64,000 nt of DNA from Eledone cirrhosa. Lineage: Eukaryota. Shown here piece after piece: positions 38,501 through 53,500 of the stretch (position 1 is its first letter; every line of letters begins with the position of its first letter). The notes beneath the pieces were generated by a model that was not told the origin of the DNA, did no database searches, and was given only the letters and a program-made list of their open reading frames with translations. Made by a program: the position numbers and the translations under genes. The stretch covers positions 37,634,001 through 37,698,000 of the forward strand of contig OZ024750.1 in NCBI GenBank assembly GCA_964016885.1, in the 5' to 3' direction.

Positions 38501-41500
38501 TGACTAACCTGTACACCGTATGTGATGTACCATGAAGCTATGGCTAACCTGTACACTGTATGTGATGTACCATGAAGCTATGGCTAACCTGTACACTGTA
38601 TGTGATGTACCATGAAGCTATGACTAACCTGTACACTGTATGTGATGTACCATGAAGCTATGACTAACCTGTACACTGTATGTGATGTACCGTGAAGCTA
38701 TGGCTAACCTGTACACTGTATGTGATGTACCATGAAGCTATGGGTAACCTGTACACTGTATGTGATGTACCATGAAGCTATGGCTAACCTGTACACTGTA
38801 TGTTATGTACCATGAAGCTATGGCTAACCTGTACACTGTATGTGATGTACCATGAAGATATGACTAACCTGTACACTGTATGTGATGTACCATGAAGCTA
38901 TGGCTAACCTGTACACTGTATGTGATGTACCATGAAGCTATGACTAACCTGTACACTGTATATGATGTACCATGAAGCTATGACTAACCTGAACACTGTA
39001 TGTGATGTACCATGAAGCTATGGCTAACATGTACACTGTATGTGATGTACCATGAAGCTATGACTAATCTGTACACTGTATGTGATGTAACATGAAGCTA
39101 TGGCTAACCTGCACACTGTATGTGATGTACCATGAAGCTATGACTAACCTGTACACTGTATGTGATGTACCATGAAGCTATGGCTAACCTGTACACTGTA
39201 TGTGATGTACCATGAAGATATGACTAACCTGTACACTGTATGTGATGTACCATGAAGCTATGTCTAACCTGTACACTGTATGTGATGTACCATGAAGCTA
39301 TGGCTAGCCTGTACACTGTATGTGATGTACCATGAAGATATGACTAACCTGTACACAGTATGTGATGAACCATGAAGCTATGGCTAACCTGTACACTGTA
39401 TGTGATGTACCATGAAGCTATGACTAACCTGTACACTGTATGTGATGTACCATGAAGCTATGGCTAACATGTACACTGTATGTGATGTACCATGAAGCTA
39501 TGACTAACCTGTACACTGTATGTGATGTACCATGAAGCTATGGCTAACCTGTACACTGTATGTGATGTACCATGAAGCTATGGCTAATCTGTACACTGTA
39601 TGTGATGTACCATGAAGCTATGACTAACCTGTACACTGTATGTGATGTACCATGAAGCTATGACTAACCTGTACACTGTATGTGATGTACCATGAAGCTA
39701 TGGCTAACCTGTACACTGTATGTGATGTACCATGAAGCTATGAATAACCTGTACACTGTATGTGATGTACCATGAATCTATGACTAACCTGTACACTGTA
39801 TGTGATGTACCATGAAGCTATGGCTAACCTGTACACTGTATGTGATGTACCATGAAGCTATGGCTAACCTGTACACTGTATGTGATGTACCATGAAGCTA
39901 TGACTAACATGTACAATGTATGTGATGTACCATGAAGCTATGGCTAACCTGTACACTGTATGTGATGTACCATGAAGCTATGACTAACCTGTACACTGTA
40001 TGTGATGTACCATGAAGCTATGACTAACCTGTACACTGTATGTGATGTACCGTGAAGCTATGGCTAACCTGTACACTGTATGTGATGTACCATGAAGCTA
40101 TGGCTAACCTGTACACTGTATGTGATGTACCATGAAGCTATGGCTAACCTGTACACTGTATGTGATGTACCATGAAGCTATGGCTAACCTGTACACTGTA
40201 TGTGATGTACCATGAAGCTATGGCTAACATGTACACTGTATGTGATGTACCATGAAGCTATGACTAACCTGTACACTGTATATGATGTACCATGAAGCTA
40301 TAACTAACCTGTACACTGTATGTGATCTACCATGAAGCTATGGCTAACCTGTACACTGTATGTGATGTACCATGAAGCTATGGCTAACCTGTACACTGTA
40401 TGTGATGTACCATGAAGCTATGACTAACCTGTACACTTTATGTGATGTACCATGAAGCTATGACTAATCTGTACACTGTATGTGATGTACCATGAAGCTA
40501 TGGCTAACCTGTACACTGTATGTGATGTACCATGAAGCTATGACTAACCTGTACACTGTATGTGATGTACCATGAAGCTATGACTAACCTGTACACTGTA
40601 TGTAATGTACCATGAAGCTATGACTAACCTGTACACTGTATGTGATGTACCATGAAGCTATGGCTAACCTGTACACTGTATGTGATGTACCATGAAGCTA
40701 TGACTAACCTGTACACCGTATGTGATGTACCCTGAAGCTATGGCTAACCTGTACACTGTATGTGATGTACCATGAAGCTATGGCTAACCTGTACACTGTA
40801 TGTGATGTACCATGAAGCTATGACTAACCTGTACACTGTATGTGATGTACCATGAAGCTATGACTAACCTGTACACTGTATGTGATGTACCGTGAAGCTA
40901 TGGCTAACCTGTACACTGTATGTGATGTACCATGAAGCTATGGGTAACCTGTACACTGTATGTGATGTACCATGAAGCTATGGCTAACCTGTACACTGTA
41001 TGTTATGTACCATGAAGCTATGGCTAACCTGTACACTGTATGTGATGTACCATGAAGATATGACTAACCTGTACACTGTATGTGATGTACCATGAAGCTA
41101 TGGCTAACCTGTACACTGTATGTGATGTACCATGAAGCTATGACTAACCTGTACACTGTATATGATGTACCATGAAGCTATGACTAACCTGAACACTGTA
41201 TGTGATGTACCATGAAGCTATGGCTAACATGTACACTGTATGTGATGTACCATGAAGCTATGACTAATCTGTACACTGTATGTGATGTAACATGAAGCTA
41301 TGGCTAACCTGCACACTGTATGTGATGTACCATGAAGCTATGACTAACCTGTACACTGTATGTGATGTACCATGAATCTATGGCTAACCTGTACACTGTA
41401 TGTGATGTACCATGAAGATATGACTAACCTGTACACTGTATGTGATGTACCATGAAGCTATGTCTAACCTGTACACTGTATGTGATGTACCATGAAGCTA

Positions 41501-44500
41501 TGGCTAGCCTGTACACTGTATGTGATGTACCATGAAGATATGACTAACCTGTACACAGTATGTGATGAACCATGAAGCTATGGCTAACCTGTACACTGTA
41601 TGTGATGTACCATGAAGCTATGACTAACCTGTACACTGTATGTGATGTACCATGAAGCTATGGCTAACATGTACACTGTATGTGATGTACCATGAAGCTA
41701 TGACTAACCTGTACACTGTATGTGATGTACCATGAAGCTATGGCTAACCTGTACACTGTATGTGATGTACCATGAAGCTATGGCTAATCTGTACACTGTA
41801 TGTGATGTACCATGAAGCTATGACTAACCTGTACACTGTATGTGATGTACCATGAAGCTATGACTAACCTGTACACTGTATGTGATGTACCATGAAGCTA
41901 TGGCTAACCTGTACACTGTATGTGATGTACCATGAAGCTATGAATAACCTGTACACTGTATGTGATGTACCATGAATCTATGACTAACCTGTACACTGTA
42001 TGTGATGTACCATGAAGCTATGGCTAACCTGTACACTGTATGTGATGTACCATGAAGCTATGGCTAACCTGTACACTGTATGTGATGTACCATGAAGCTA
42101 TGACTAACATGTACAATGTATGTGATGTACCATGAAGCTATGGCTAACCTGTACACTGTATGTGATGTACCATGAAGCTATGACTAACCTGTACACTGTA
42201 TGTGATGTACCATGAAGCTATGACTAACCTGTACACTGTATGTGATATACCGTGAAGCTATGGCTAACCTGTACACTGTATGTGATGTACCATGAAGCTA
42301 TGGCTAACCTGTACACTGTATGTGATGTACCATGAAGCTATGGCTAACCTGTACACTGTATGTGATGTACCATGAAGCTATGGCTAACCTGTACACTGTA
42401 TGTGATGTACCATGAAGCTATGGCTAACATGTACACTGTATGTGATGTACCATGAAGCTATGACTAACCTGTACACTGTATATGATGTACCATGAAGCTA
42501 TAACTAACCTGTACACTGTATGTGATCTACCATGAAGCTATGGCTAACCTGTACACTGTATGTGATGTACCATGAAGCTATGGCTAACCTGTACACTGTA
42601 TGTGATGTACCATGAAGCTATGACTAACCTGTACACTTTATGTGATGTACCATGAAGCTATGACTAATCTGTACACTGTATGTGATGTACCATGAAGCTA
42701 TGGCTAACCTGTACACTGTATGTGATGTACCATGAAGCTATGACTAACTTGTACACTGTATGTGATGTACCATGAAGCTATGACTAACCTGTACACTGTA
42801 TGTAATGTACCATGAAGCTATGACTAACCTGTACACTGTATGTGATGTACCATGAAGCTATGGCTAACCTGTACACTGTATGTGATGTACCATGAAGCTA
42901 TGACTAACCTGTACACCGTATGTGATGTACCCTGAAGCTATGGCTAACCTGTACACTGTATGTGATGTACCATGAAGCTATGGCTAACCTGTACACTGTA
43001 TGTGATGTACCATGAAGCTATGACTAACCTGTACACTGTATGTGATGTACCATGAAGCTATGACTAACCTGTACACTGTATGTGATGTACCGTGAAGCTA
43101 TGGCTAACCTGTACACTGTATGTGATGTACCATGAAGCTATGGGTAACCTGTACACTGTATGTGATGTACCATGAAGCTATGGCTAACCTGTACACTGTA
43201 TGTTATGTACCATGAAGCTATGGCTAACCTGTACACTGTATGTGATGTACCATGAAGATATGACTAACCTGTACACTGTATGTGATGTACCATGAAGCTA
43301 TGGCTAACCTGTACACTGTATGTGATGTACCATGAAGCTATGACTAACCTGTACACTGTATATGATGTACCATGAAGCTATGACTAACCTGAACACTGTA
43401 TGTGATGTACCATGAAGCTATGGCTAACATGTACACTGTATGTGATGTACCATGAAGCTATGACTAATCTGTACACTGTATGTGATGTAACATGAAGCTA
43501 TGGCTAACCTGCACACTGTATGTGATGTACCATGAAGCTATGACTAACCTGTACACTGTATGTGATGTACCATGAAGCTATGGCTAACCTGTACACTGTA
43601 TGTGATGTACCATGAAGATATGACTAACCTGTACACTGTATGTGATGTACCATGAAGCTATGGCTAACCTGTACACTGTATGTGATGTACCATGAAGCTA
43701 TGGCTAACCTGTACACTGTATGTGATGTACCATGAAGATATGACTAACCTGTACACTGTATGTGATGTACCATGAAGCTATGGCTAAACTGTACACTGTA
43801 TGTGATGTACCACGAAGCTATGACTAACCTGTACACTGTATGTGATGTACCATGAAGCTATGAATAACCTGTACACTGTATCTGATGTACCATGAAGCTA
43901 TAGCTAACCTGTACACTGTATGTGATCTACCATGAAGCTATGACTAACCTGTACACTGTATGTGATGTACCATGAAGCTATGGCTAACCTGTACACTGTA
44001 TGTGATGTACCATGAAGCTATGACTAACCTGTACACTGTATGTGATGTACCATGAAGCTATGACTAACCTAAAGACTGTATGTGATGTACCATGAAGCTA
44101 TAGCTAACCTGTACACTGTATGTGATGTACCATGAAGCTATGACTAACCTGAAGACTGTATGTGATGTACCACGAAGCTATAGCTAACCTGTACACTGTA
44201 TGTGATGTACCATGAAGCTATGAATAACCTGTACGCTGTATGTGATGTACCATGAAGCTATGACTAACCTGTACACTGTATGTGATGTACCATGAAGCTA
44301 TGGCTAACCTGTACACTGTATGTGATGTACCATGAAGCTATGGCTAACCTGTACACTGTATGTGATGTACCATGAAGCTATGACTAACATGTACAATGTA
44401 TGTGATGTACCATGAAGCTATGACTAACCTGTACACTGTATGTGATGTACTATGAAACTATGACTAACCTGTACACTGTATGTGAAGTACCATGACTCTA

Positions 44501-47500
44501 TGACTAACCTGTACACTGTATGTGATGTACCATAAAGCTATGGCTAACCTCTACACTGTATCTGATGTACCATGAAGCTACGACTAACCTGTACACTGTA
44601 TGTGATGTACCATGAAGCTATGGCTAACCTGTACACTGTATGTGATGTACCATGAAGCTATAGCTAACCTGTACACTGTATGTGATGTACCATGAAGCTA
44701 TGGCTAACCTGTACACTGTATGTGATGTACCATGAAGCTATGACTAACCTGTACACTGTATGTGATGTACCATGAAGCTATGACTAACCTGTACACTGTA
44801 TGTGATGTACCATGAAGCTATGACTAACCTGTGCACTGTATGTGATGTACCATGAAGCTATGACTAACCTGTACACTGTATGTGATGTACCATGAAGCTA
44901 TGACTAACCTGTACACTGTATGTGATGTACCATGAAGCTGCGACTAACCTGTACACTGTATGTGATGTACCATGAAGCTATGACTAACCTGTACAATGTA
45001 TGTGATGTACCATGAAGCTATAGCTAACCTGTACACTGTATGTGATCTACCATGAAGCTATGGCTAACCCGTACACTGTATGTGCTGTAACATGAAGCTA
45101 TGACTAACCTGTACACTGTATGTGATGTACCATGAAGCTACGACTAACCTGTACACTGTATGTGATGTACCATGAAGCTATGACTAACCTGTACACTGTA
45201 CGTGATGTACCAGGAAGCTGTAGCTAACCTGTACACTGTATGTGATCTACCATGAAGCTATGGCTAACCTGTACACTGTATGTGATGTACCATGAAGCTA
45301 TGACTAACCTGTACACTGTATGTGATGTACCATGAAGCTATGGCTAACCTGTACACTGTATGTGATGTACCATGAAGCTATGACTAACCTGTACACCGTA
45401 TGCGATGTACCATGAAGCTATGGCTAACCTGTACACTGTATGTGATGTACCATGAAGCTATGGCTAGCCTGTACACTGTATGTGATGTACCATGAAGATA
45501 TGACTAACCTGTACACAGTATGTGATGTACCATGAAGCTATGGCTAACCTGTACACTGTATGTGATGTACCATGAAGCTATGACTAACCTGTACACTGTA
45601 TGTGATGTACCATGAAGCTATGGCTAACATGTACACTGTATGTGATGTACCATGAAGCTATGACTAACCTGTACACTGTATGTGATGTACCATGAAGCTA
45701 TGGCTAACCTGTACACTGTATGTGATGTACCATGAAGCTATGGCTAACCTGTACACTGTATGTGATGTACCATGAAGCTATGACTAACCTGTACACTGTA
45801 TGTGATGTACCATGAAGCTATGACTAACCTGTACACTGTATGTGATGTACCATGAAGCTATGGCTAACCTGTACACTGTATGTGATGTACCATGAAGCTA
45901 TGAATAACCTGTACACTGTATGTGATGTACCATGAATCTATGACTAACCTGTACACTGTATGTGATGTACCATGAAGCTATGGCTAACCTGTACACTGTA
46001 TGTGATGTACCATGAAGCTATGGCTAACCTGTATACTGTATGTGATGTACCATGAAGCTATGACTAACATGTACAATGTATGTGATGTACCATGAAGCTA
46101 TGGCTAACCTGTACACTGTATGTGATGTACCATGAAGCTATGACTAACCTGTACACTGTATGTGATGTACCATGAAGCTATGACTAACCTGTACACTGTA
46201 TGTGATGTACCGTGAAGCTATGGCTAACCTGTACACTGTATGTGATGTACCATGAAGCTATGGCTAACCTGTACACTGTATGTGATGTACCATGAAGCTA
46301 TGGCTAACCTGTACACTGTATGTGATGTACCATGAAGCTATGGCTAACCTGTACACTGTATGTGATGTACCATGAAGCTATGGCTAACATGTACACTGTA
46401 TGTGATGTACCATGAAGCTATGACTAACATGTACACTGTATATGATGTACCATGAAGCTTTAACTAACCTGTACACTGTATGTGATCTACCATGAAGCTA
46501 TGGCTAACCTGTACACTGTATGTGATGTACCATGAAGCTATGGCTAACCTGTACACTGTATGTGATGTACCATGAAGCTATGACTAACCTGTACACTTTA
46601 TGTGATGTACCATGAAGCTATGACTAATCTGTACACTGTATGTGATGTACCATGAAGCTATGGCTAACCTGTATGTGATGTACCATGAAGCTATGACTAA
46701 CCTGTACACTGTATGTGATGTACCATGAAGCTATGACTAACCTGTACACTGTATGTAATGTACCATGAAGCTATGACTAACCTGTACACTGTATGTGATG
46801 TACCATGAAGCTATGGCTAACCTGTACACTGTATGTGATGTACCATGAAGCTATGACTAACCTGTACACCGTATGTGATGTACCATGAAGCTATGGCTAA
46901 CCTGTACACTGTATGTGATGTACCATGAAGCTATGGCTAACCTGTACACTGTATGTGATGTACCATGAAGCTATGACTAACCTGTACACTGTATATGATG
47001 TACCATGAAGCTATGACTAACCTGTACACTGTATGTGATGTACCGTGAAGCTATGGCTAACCTGTACACTGTATGTGATGTACCATGAAGCTATGGGTAA
47101 CCTGTACACTGTATGTGATGTACCATGAAGCTATGGCTAACCTGTACACTGTATGTTATGTACCATGAACCTATGGCTAACCTGTACACTGTATGTGATG
47201 TACCATGAAGATATGACTAACCTGTACACTGTATGTGATGTACCATGAAGCTATGGCTAACCTGTACACTGTATGTGATGTACCATGAAGCTATGACTAA
47301 CCTGTATACTGTATATGATGTACCATGAAGCTATGACTAACCTGAACACTGTATGTGATGTACCATGAAGCTATGGCTAACATGTACACTGTATGTGATG
47401 TACCATGAAGCTATGACTAATCTGTACACTGTATGTGATGTAACATGAAGCTATGGCTAACCTGCACACTGTATGTGATGTACCATGAAGCTATGACTAA

Positions 47501-50500
47501 CCTGTACACTGTATGTGATGTACCATGAAGCTATGGCTAACCTGTACACTGTATGTGATGTACCATGAAGATATGACTAACCTGTACACTGTATGTGATG
47601 TACCATGAAGCTATGTCTAACCTGTACACTGTATGTGATGTACCATGAAGCTATGGCTAGCCTGTACACTGTATGTGATGTACCATGAAGATATGACTAA
47701 CCTGTACACAGTATGTGATGAACCATGAAGCTATGGCTAACCTGTACACTGTATGTGATGTACCATGAAGCTATGACTAACCTGTACACTGTATGTGATG
47801 TACCATGAAGCTATGGCTAACATGTACACTGTATGTGATGTACCATGAATCTATGACTAACCTGTACACTGTATGTGATGTACCATGAAGCTATGGCTAA
47901 CCTGTACACTGTATGTGATGTACCATGAAGCTATGGCTAACCTGTACACTGTATGTGATGTACCATGAAGCTATGACTAACATGTACAATGTATGTGATG
48001 TACCATGAAGCTATGGCTAACCTGTACACTGTATGTGATGTACCATGAAGCTATGACTAACCTGTACACTGTATGTGATGTACCATGAAGCTATGACTAA
48101 CCTGTACACTGTATGTGATGTACCGTGAAGCTATGGCTAACCTGTACACTGTATGTGATGTACCATGAAGCTATGGCTAACCTGTACACTGTATGTGATG
48201 TACCATGAAGCTATGGCTAACCTGTACACTGTATGTGATGTACCATGAAGCTATGGCTAACCTGTACACTGTATGTGATGTACCATGAAGCTATGGCTAA
48301 CATGTACACTGTATGTGATGTACCATGAAGCTATGACTAACCTGTACACTGTATATGATGTACCATGAAGCTATAACTAACCTGTACACTGTATGTGATC
48401 TACCATGAAGCTATGGCTAACCTGTACACTGTATGTGATGTACCATGAAGCTATGGCTAACCTGTACACTGTATGTGATGTACCATGAAGCTATGACTAA
48501 CCTGTACACTTTATGTGATGTACCATGAAGCTATGACTAATCTGTACACTGTATGTGATGTACCATGAAGCTATGGCTAACCTGTACACTGTATGTGATG
48601 TACCATGAAGCTATGACTAACCTGTACACTGTATGTGATGTACCATGAAGCTATGACTAACCTGTACACTGTATGTGATGTACCATGAAGCTATGGCTAA
48701 CCTGCACACTGTATGTGATGTACCATGAAGCTATGACTAACCTGTACACTGTATGTGATGTACCATGAAGATATGACTAACCTGTACACTGTATGTGATG
48801 TACCATGAAGCTATGGCTAACCTGTACACCGTATGTGATGTACCCTGAAGCTATGGCTAACCTGTACACTGTATGTGATGTGCCATGAAGCTATGGCTAA
48901 CCTGTACACTGTATGTGATGTACCATGAAGCTATGACTAACCTGTACACTGTATGTGATGTACCATGAAGCTATGACTAACCTGTACACTGTATGTGATG
49001 TACCGTGAAGCTATGGCTAACCTGTACACTGTATGTGATGTACCATGAAGCTATGGGTAACCTGTACACTGTATGTGATGTACCATGAAGCTATGGCTAA
49101 CCTGTACACTGTATGTTATGTACCATGAAGCTATGGCTAACCTGTACACTGTATGTGATGTACCATGAAGATATGACTAACCTGTACACTGTATGTGATG
49201 TACCATGAAGCTATGGCTAACCTGTACACTGTATGTGATGTACCATGAAGCTATGACTAACCTGTACACTGTATATGATGTACCATGAAGCTATGACTAA
49301 CCTGAACACTGTATGTGATGTACCATGAAGCTATGGCTAACATGTACACTGTATGTGATGTACCATGAAGCTATGACTAATCTGTACACTGTATGTGATG
49401 TAACATGAAGCTATGGCTAACCTGCACACTGTATGTGATGTACCATGAAGCTATGACTAACCTGTACACTGTATGTGATGTACCATGAAGCTATGGCTAA
49501 CCTGTACACTGTATGTGATGTACCATGAAGATATGACTAACCTGTACACTGTATGTGATGTACCATGAAGCTATGTCTAACCTGTACACTGTATGTGATG
49601 TACCATGAAGCTATGGCTAGCCTGTACACTGTATGTGATGTACCATGAAGATATGACTAACCTGTACACAGTATGTGATGAACCATGAAGCTATGGCTAA
49701 CCTGTACACTGTATGTGATGTACCATGAAGCTATGACTAACCTGTACACTGTATGTGATGTACCATGAAGCTATGGCTAACATGTACACTGTATGTGATG
49801 TACCATGAAGCTATGACTAACCTGTACACTGTATGTGATGTACCATGAAGCTATGGCTAACCTGTACACTGTATGTGATGTACCATGAAGCTATGGCTAA
49901 TCTGTACACTGTATGTGATGTACCATGAAGCTATGACTAACCTGTACACTGTATGTGATGTACCATGAAGCTATGACTAACCTGTACACTGTATGTGATG
50001 TACCATGAAGCTATGGCTAACCTGTACACTGTATGTGATGTACCATGAAGCTATGAATAACCTGTACACTGTATGTGATGTACCATGAATCTATGACTAA
50101 CCTGTACACTGTATGTGATGTACCATGAAGCTATGGCTAACCTGTACACTGTATGTGATGTACCATGAAGCTATGGCTAACCTGTACACTGTATGTGATG
50201 TACCATGAAGCTATGACTAACATGTACAATGTATGTGATGTACCATGAAGCTATGGCTAACCTGTACACTGTATGTGATGTACCATGAAGCTATGACTAA
50301 CCTGTACACTGTATGTGATGTACCATGAAGCTATGACTAACCTGTACACTGTATGTGATGTACCGTGAAGCTATGGCTAACCTGTACACTGTATGTGATG
50401 TACCATGAAGCTATGGCTAACCTGTACACTGTATGTGATGTACCATGAAGCTATGGCTAACCTGTACACTGTATGTGATGTACCATGAAGCTATGGCTAA

Positions 50501-53500
50501 CATGTACACTGTATGTGATGTACCATGAAGCTATGACTAACCTGTACACTGTATATGATGTACCATGAAGCTATAACTAACCTGTACACTGTATGTGATC
50601 TACCATGAAGCTATGGCTAACCTGTACACTGTATGTGATGTACCATGAAGCTATGGCTAACCTGTACACTGTATGTGATGTACCATGAAGCTATGACTAA
50701 CCTGTACACTTTATGTGATGTACCATGAAGCTATGACTAATCTGTACACTGTATGTGATGTACCATGAAGCTATGGCTAACCTGTACACTGTATGTGATG
50801 TACCATGAAGCTATGACTAACCTGTACACTGTATGTGATGTACCATGAAGCTATGACTAACCTGTACACTGTATGTAATGTACCATGAAGCTATGACTAA
50901 CCTGTACACTGTATGTGATGTACCATGAAGCTATGGCTAACCTGTACACTGTATGTGATGTACCATGAAGCTATGACTAACCTGTACACTGTATGTGATG
51001 TACCATGAAGCTATGGCTAACCTGTACACTGTATGTGATGTACCATGAAGCTATGGCTAATCTGTACACTGTATGTGATGTACCATGAAGCTATGACTAA
51101 CCTGTACACTGTATGTGATGTACCATGAAGCTATGACTAACCTGTACACTGTATGTGATGTACCATGAAGCTATGGCTAACCTGTACACTGTATGTGATG
51201 TACCATGAAGCTATGAATAACCTGTACACTGTATGTGATGTACCATGAATCTATGACTAACCTGTACACTGTATGTGATGTACCATGAAGCTATGGCTAA
51301 CCTGTACACTGTATGTGATGTACCATGAAGCTATGGCTAACCTGTACACTGTATGTGATGTACCATGAAGCTATGACTAACATGTACAATGTATGTGATG
51401 TACCATGAAGCTATGGCTAACCTGTACACTGTATGTGATGTACCATGAAGCTATGACTAACCTGTACACTGTATGTGATGTACCATGAAGCTATGACTAA
51501 CCTGTACACTGTATGTGATGTACCGTGAAGCTATGGCTAACCTGTACACTGTATGTGATGTACCATGAAGCTATGGCTAACCTGTACACTGTATGTGATG
51601 TACCATGAAGCTATGGCTAACCTGTACACTGTATGTGATGTACCATGAAGCTATGGCTAACATGTACACTGTATGTGATGTACCATGAAGCTATGACTAA
51701 CCTGTACACTGTATATGATGTACCATGAAGCTATAACTAACCTGTACACTGTATGTGATCTACCATGAAGCTATGGCTAACCTGTACACTGTATGTGATG
51801 TACCATGAAGCTATGGCTAACCTGTACACTGTATGTGATGTACCATGAAGCTATGACTAACCTGTACACTTTATGTGATGTACCATGAAGCTATGACTAA
51901 TCTGTACACTGTATGTGATGTACCATGAAGCTATGGCTAACCTGTACACTGTATGTGATGTACCATGAAGCTATGACTAACCTGTACACTGTATGTGATG
52001 TACCATGAAGCTATGACTAACCTGTACACTGTATGTAATGTACCATGAAGCTATGACTAACCTGTACACTGTATGTGATGTACCATGAAGCTATGGCTAA
52101 CCTGTACACTGTATGTGATGTACCATGAAGCTATGACTAACCTGTACACCGTATGTGATGTACCCTGAAGCTATGGCTAACCTGTACACTGTATGTGATG
52201 TACCATGAAGCTATGGCTAACCTGTACACTGTATGTGATGTACCATGAAGCTATGACTAACCTGTACACTGTATGTGATATACCATGAAGCTATGACTAA
52301 CCTGTACACTGTATGTGATGTACCGTGAAGCTATGGCTAACCTGTACACTGTATGTGATGTACCATGAAGCTATGGGTAACCTGTACACTGTATGTGATG
52401 TACCATGAAGCTATGGCTAACCTGTACAATGTATGTTATGTACCATGAAGCTATGGCTAACCTGTACACTGTATGTGATGTACCATGAAGATATGACTAA
52501 CCTGTACACTGTATGTGATGTACCATGAAGCTATGGCTAACCTGTACACTGTATGTGATGTACCATGAAGCTATGACTAACCTGTACACTGTATATGATG
52601 TACCATGAAGCTATGACTAACCTGAACACTGTATGTGATGTACCATGAAGCTATGGCTAACATGTACACTGTATGTGATGTACCATGAAGCTATGACTAA
52701 TCTGTACACTGTATGTGATGTAACATGAAGCTATGGCTAACCTGCACACTGTATGTGATGTACCATGAAGCTATGACTAACCTGTACACTGTATGCGATG
52801 TACCATGAAGCTATGGCTAACCTGTACACTGTATGTGATGTACCATGAAGATATGACTAACCTGTACACTGTATGTGATGTACCATGAAGCTATGGCTAA
52901 CCTGTACACTGTATGTGATGTACCATGAAGCTATGGCTAACCTGTACACTGTATGTGATGTACCATGAAGCTATGGCTAACCTGTACACTGTATGTGATG
53001 TACCATGAAGATATGACTAACCTGTACACTGTATGTGATGTACCATGAAGCTATGGCTAAACTGTACACTGTATGTGATGTACCACGAAGCTATGACTAA
53101 CCTGTACACTGTATGTGATGTACCATGAAGCTATGAATAACCTGTACACTGTATCTGATGTACCATGAAGCTATAGCTAACCTGTACACTGTATGTGATC
53201 TACCATGAAGCTATGACTAACCTGTACACTGTATGTGATGTACCATGAAGCTATGGCTAACCTGTACACTGTATGTGATGTACCATGAAGCTATGACTAA
53301 CCTGTACACTGTATGTGATGTACCATGAAGCTATGACTAACCTAAAGACTGTATGTGATGTACCATGAAGCTATAGCTAACCTGTACACTGTATGTGATG
53401 TACCATGAAGCTATGACTAACCTGAAGACTGTATGTGATGTACCACGAAGCTATAGCTAACCTGTACACTGTATGTGATGTACCATGAAGCTATGAATAA

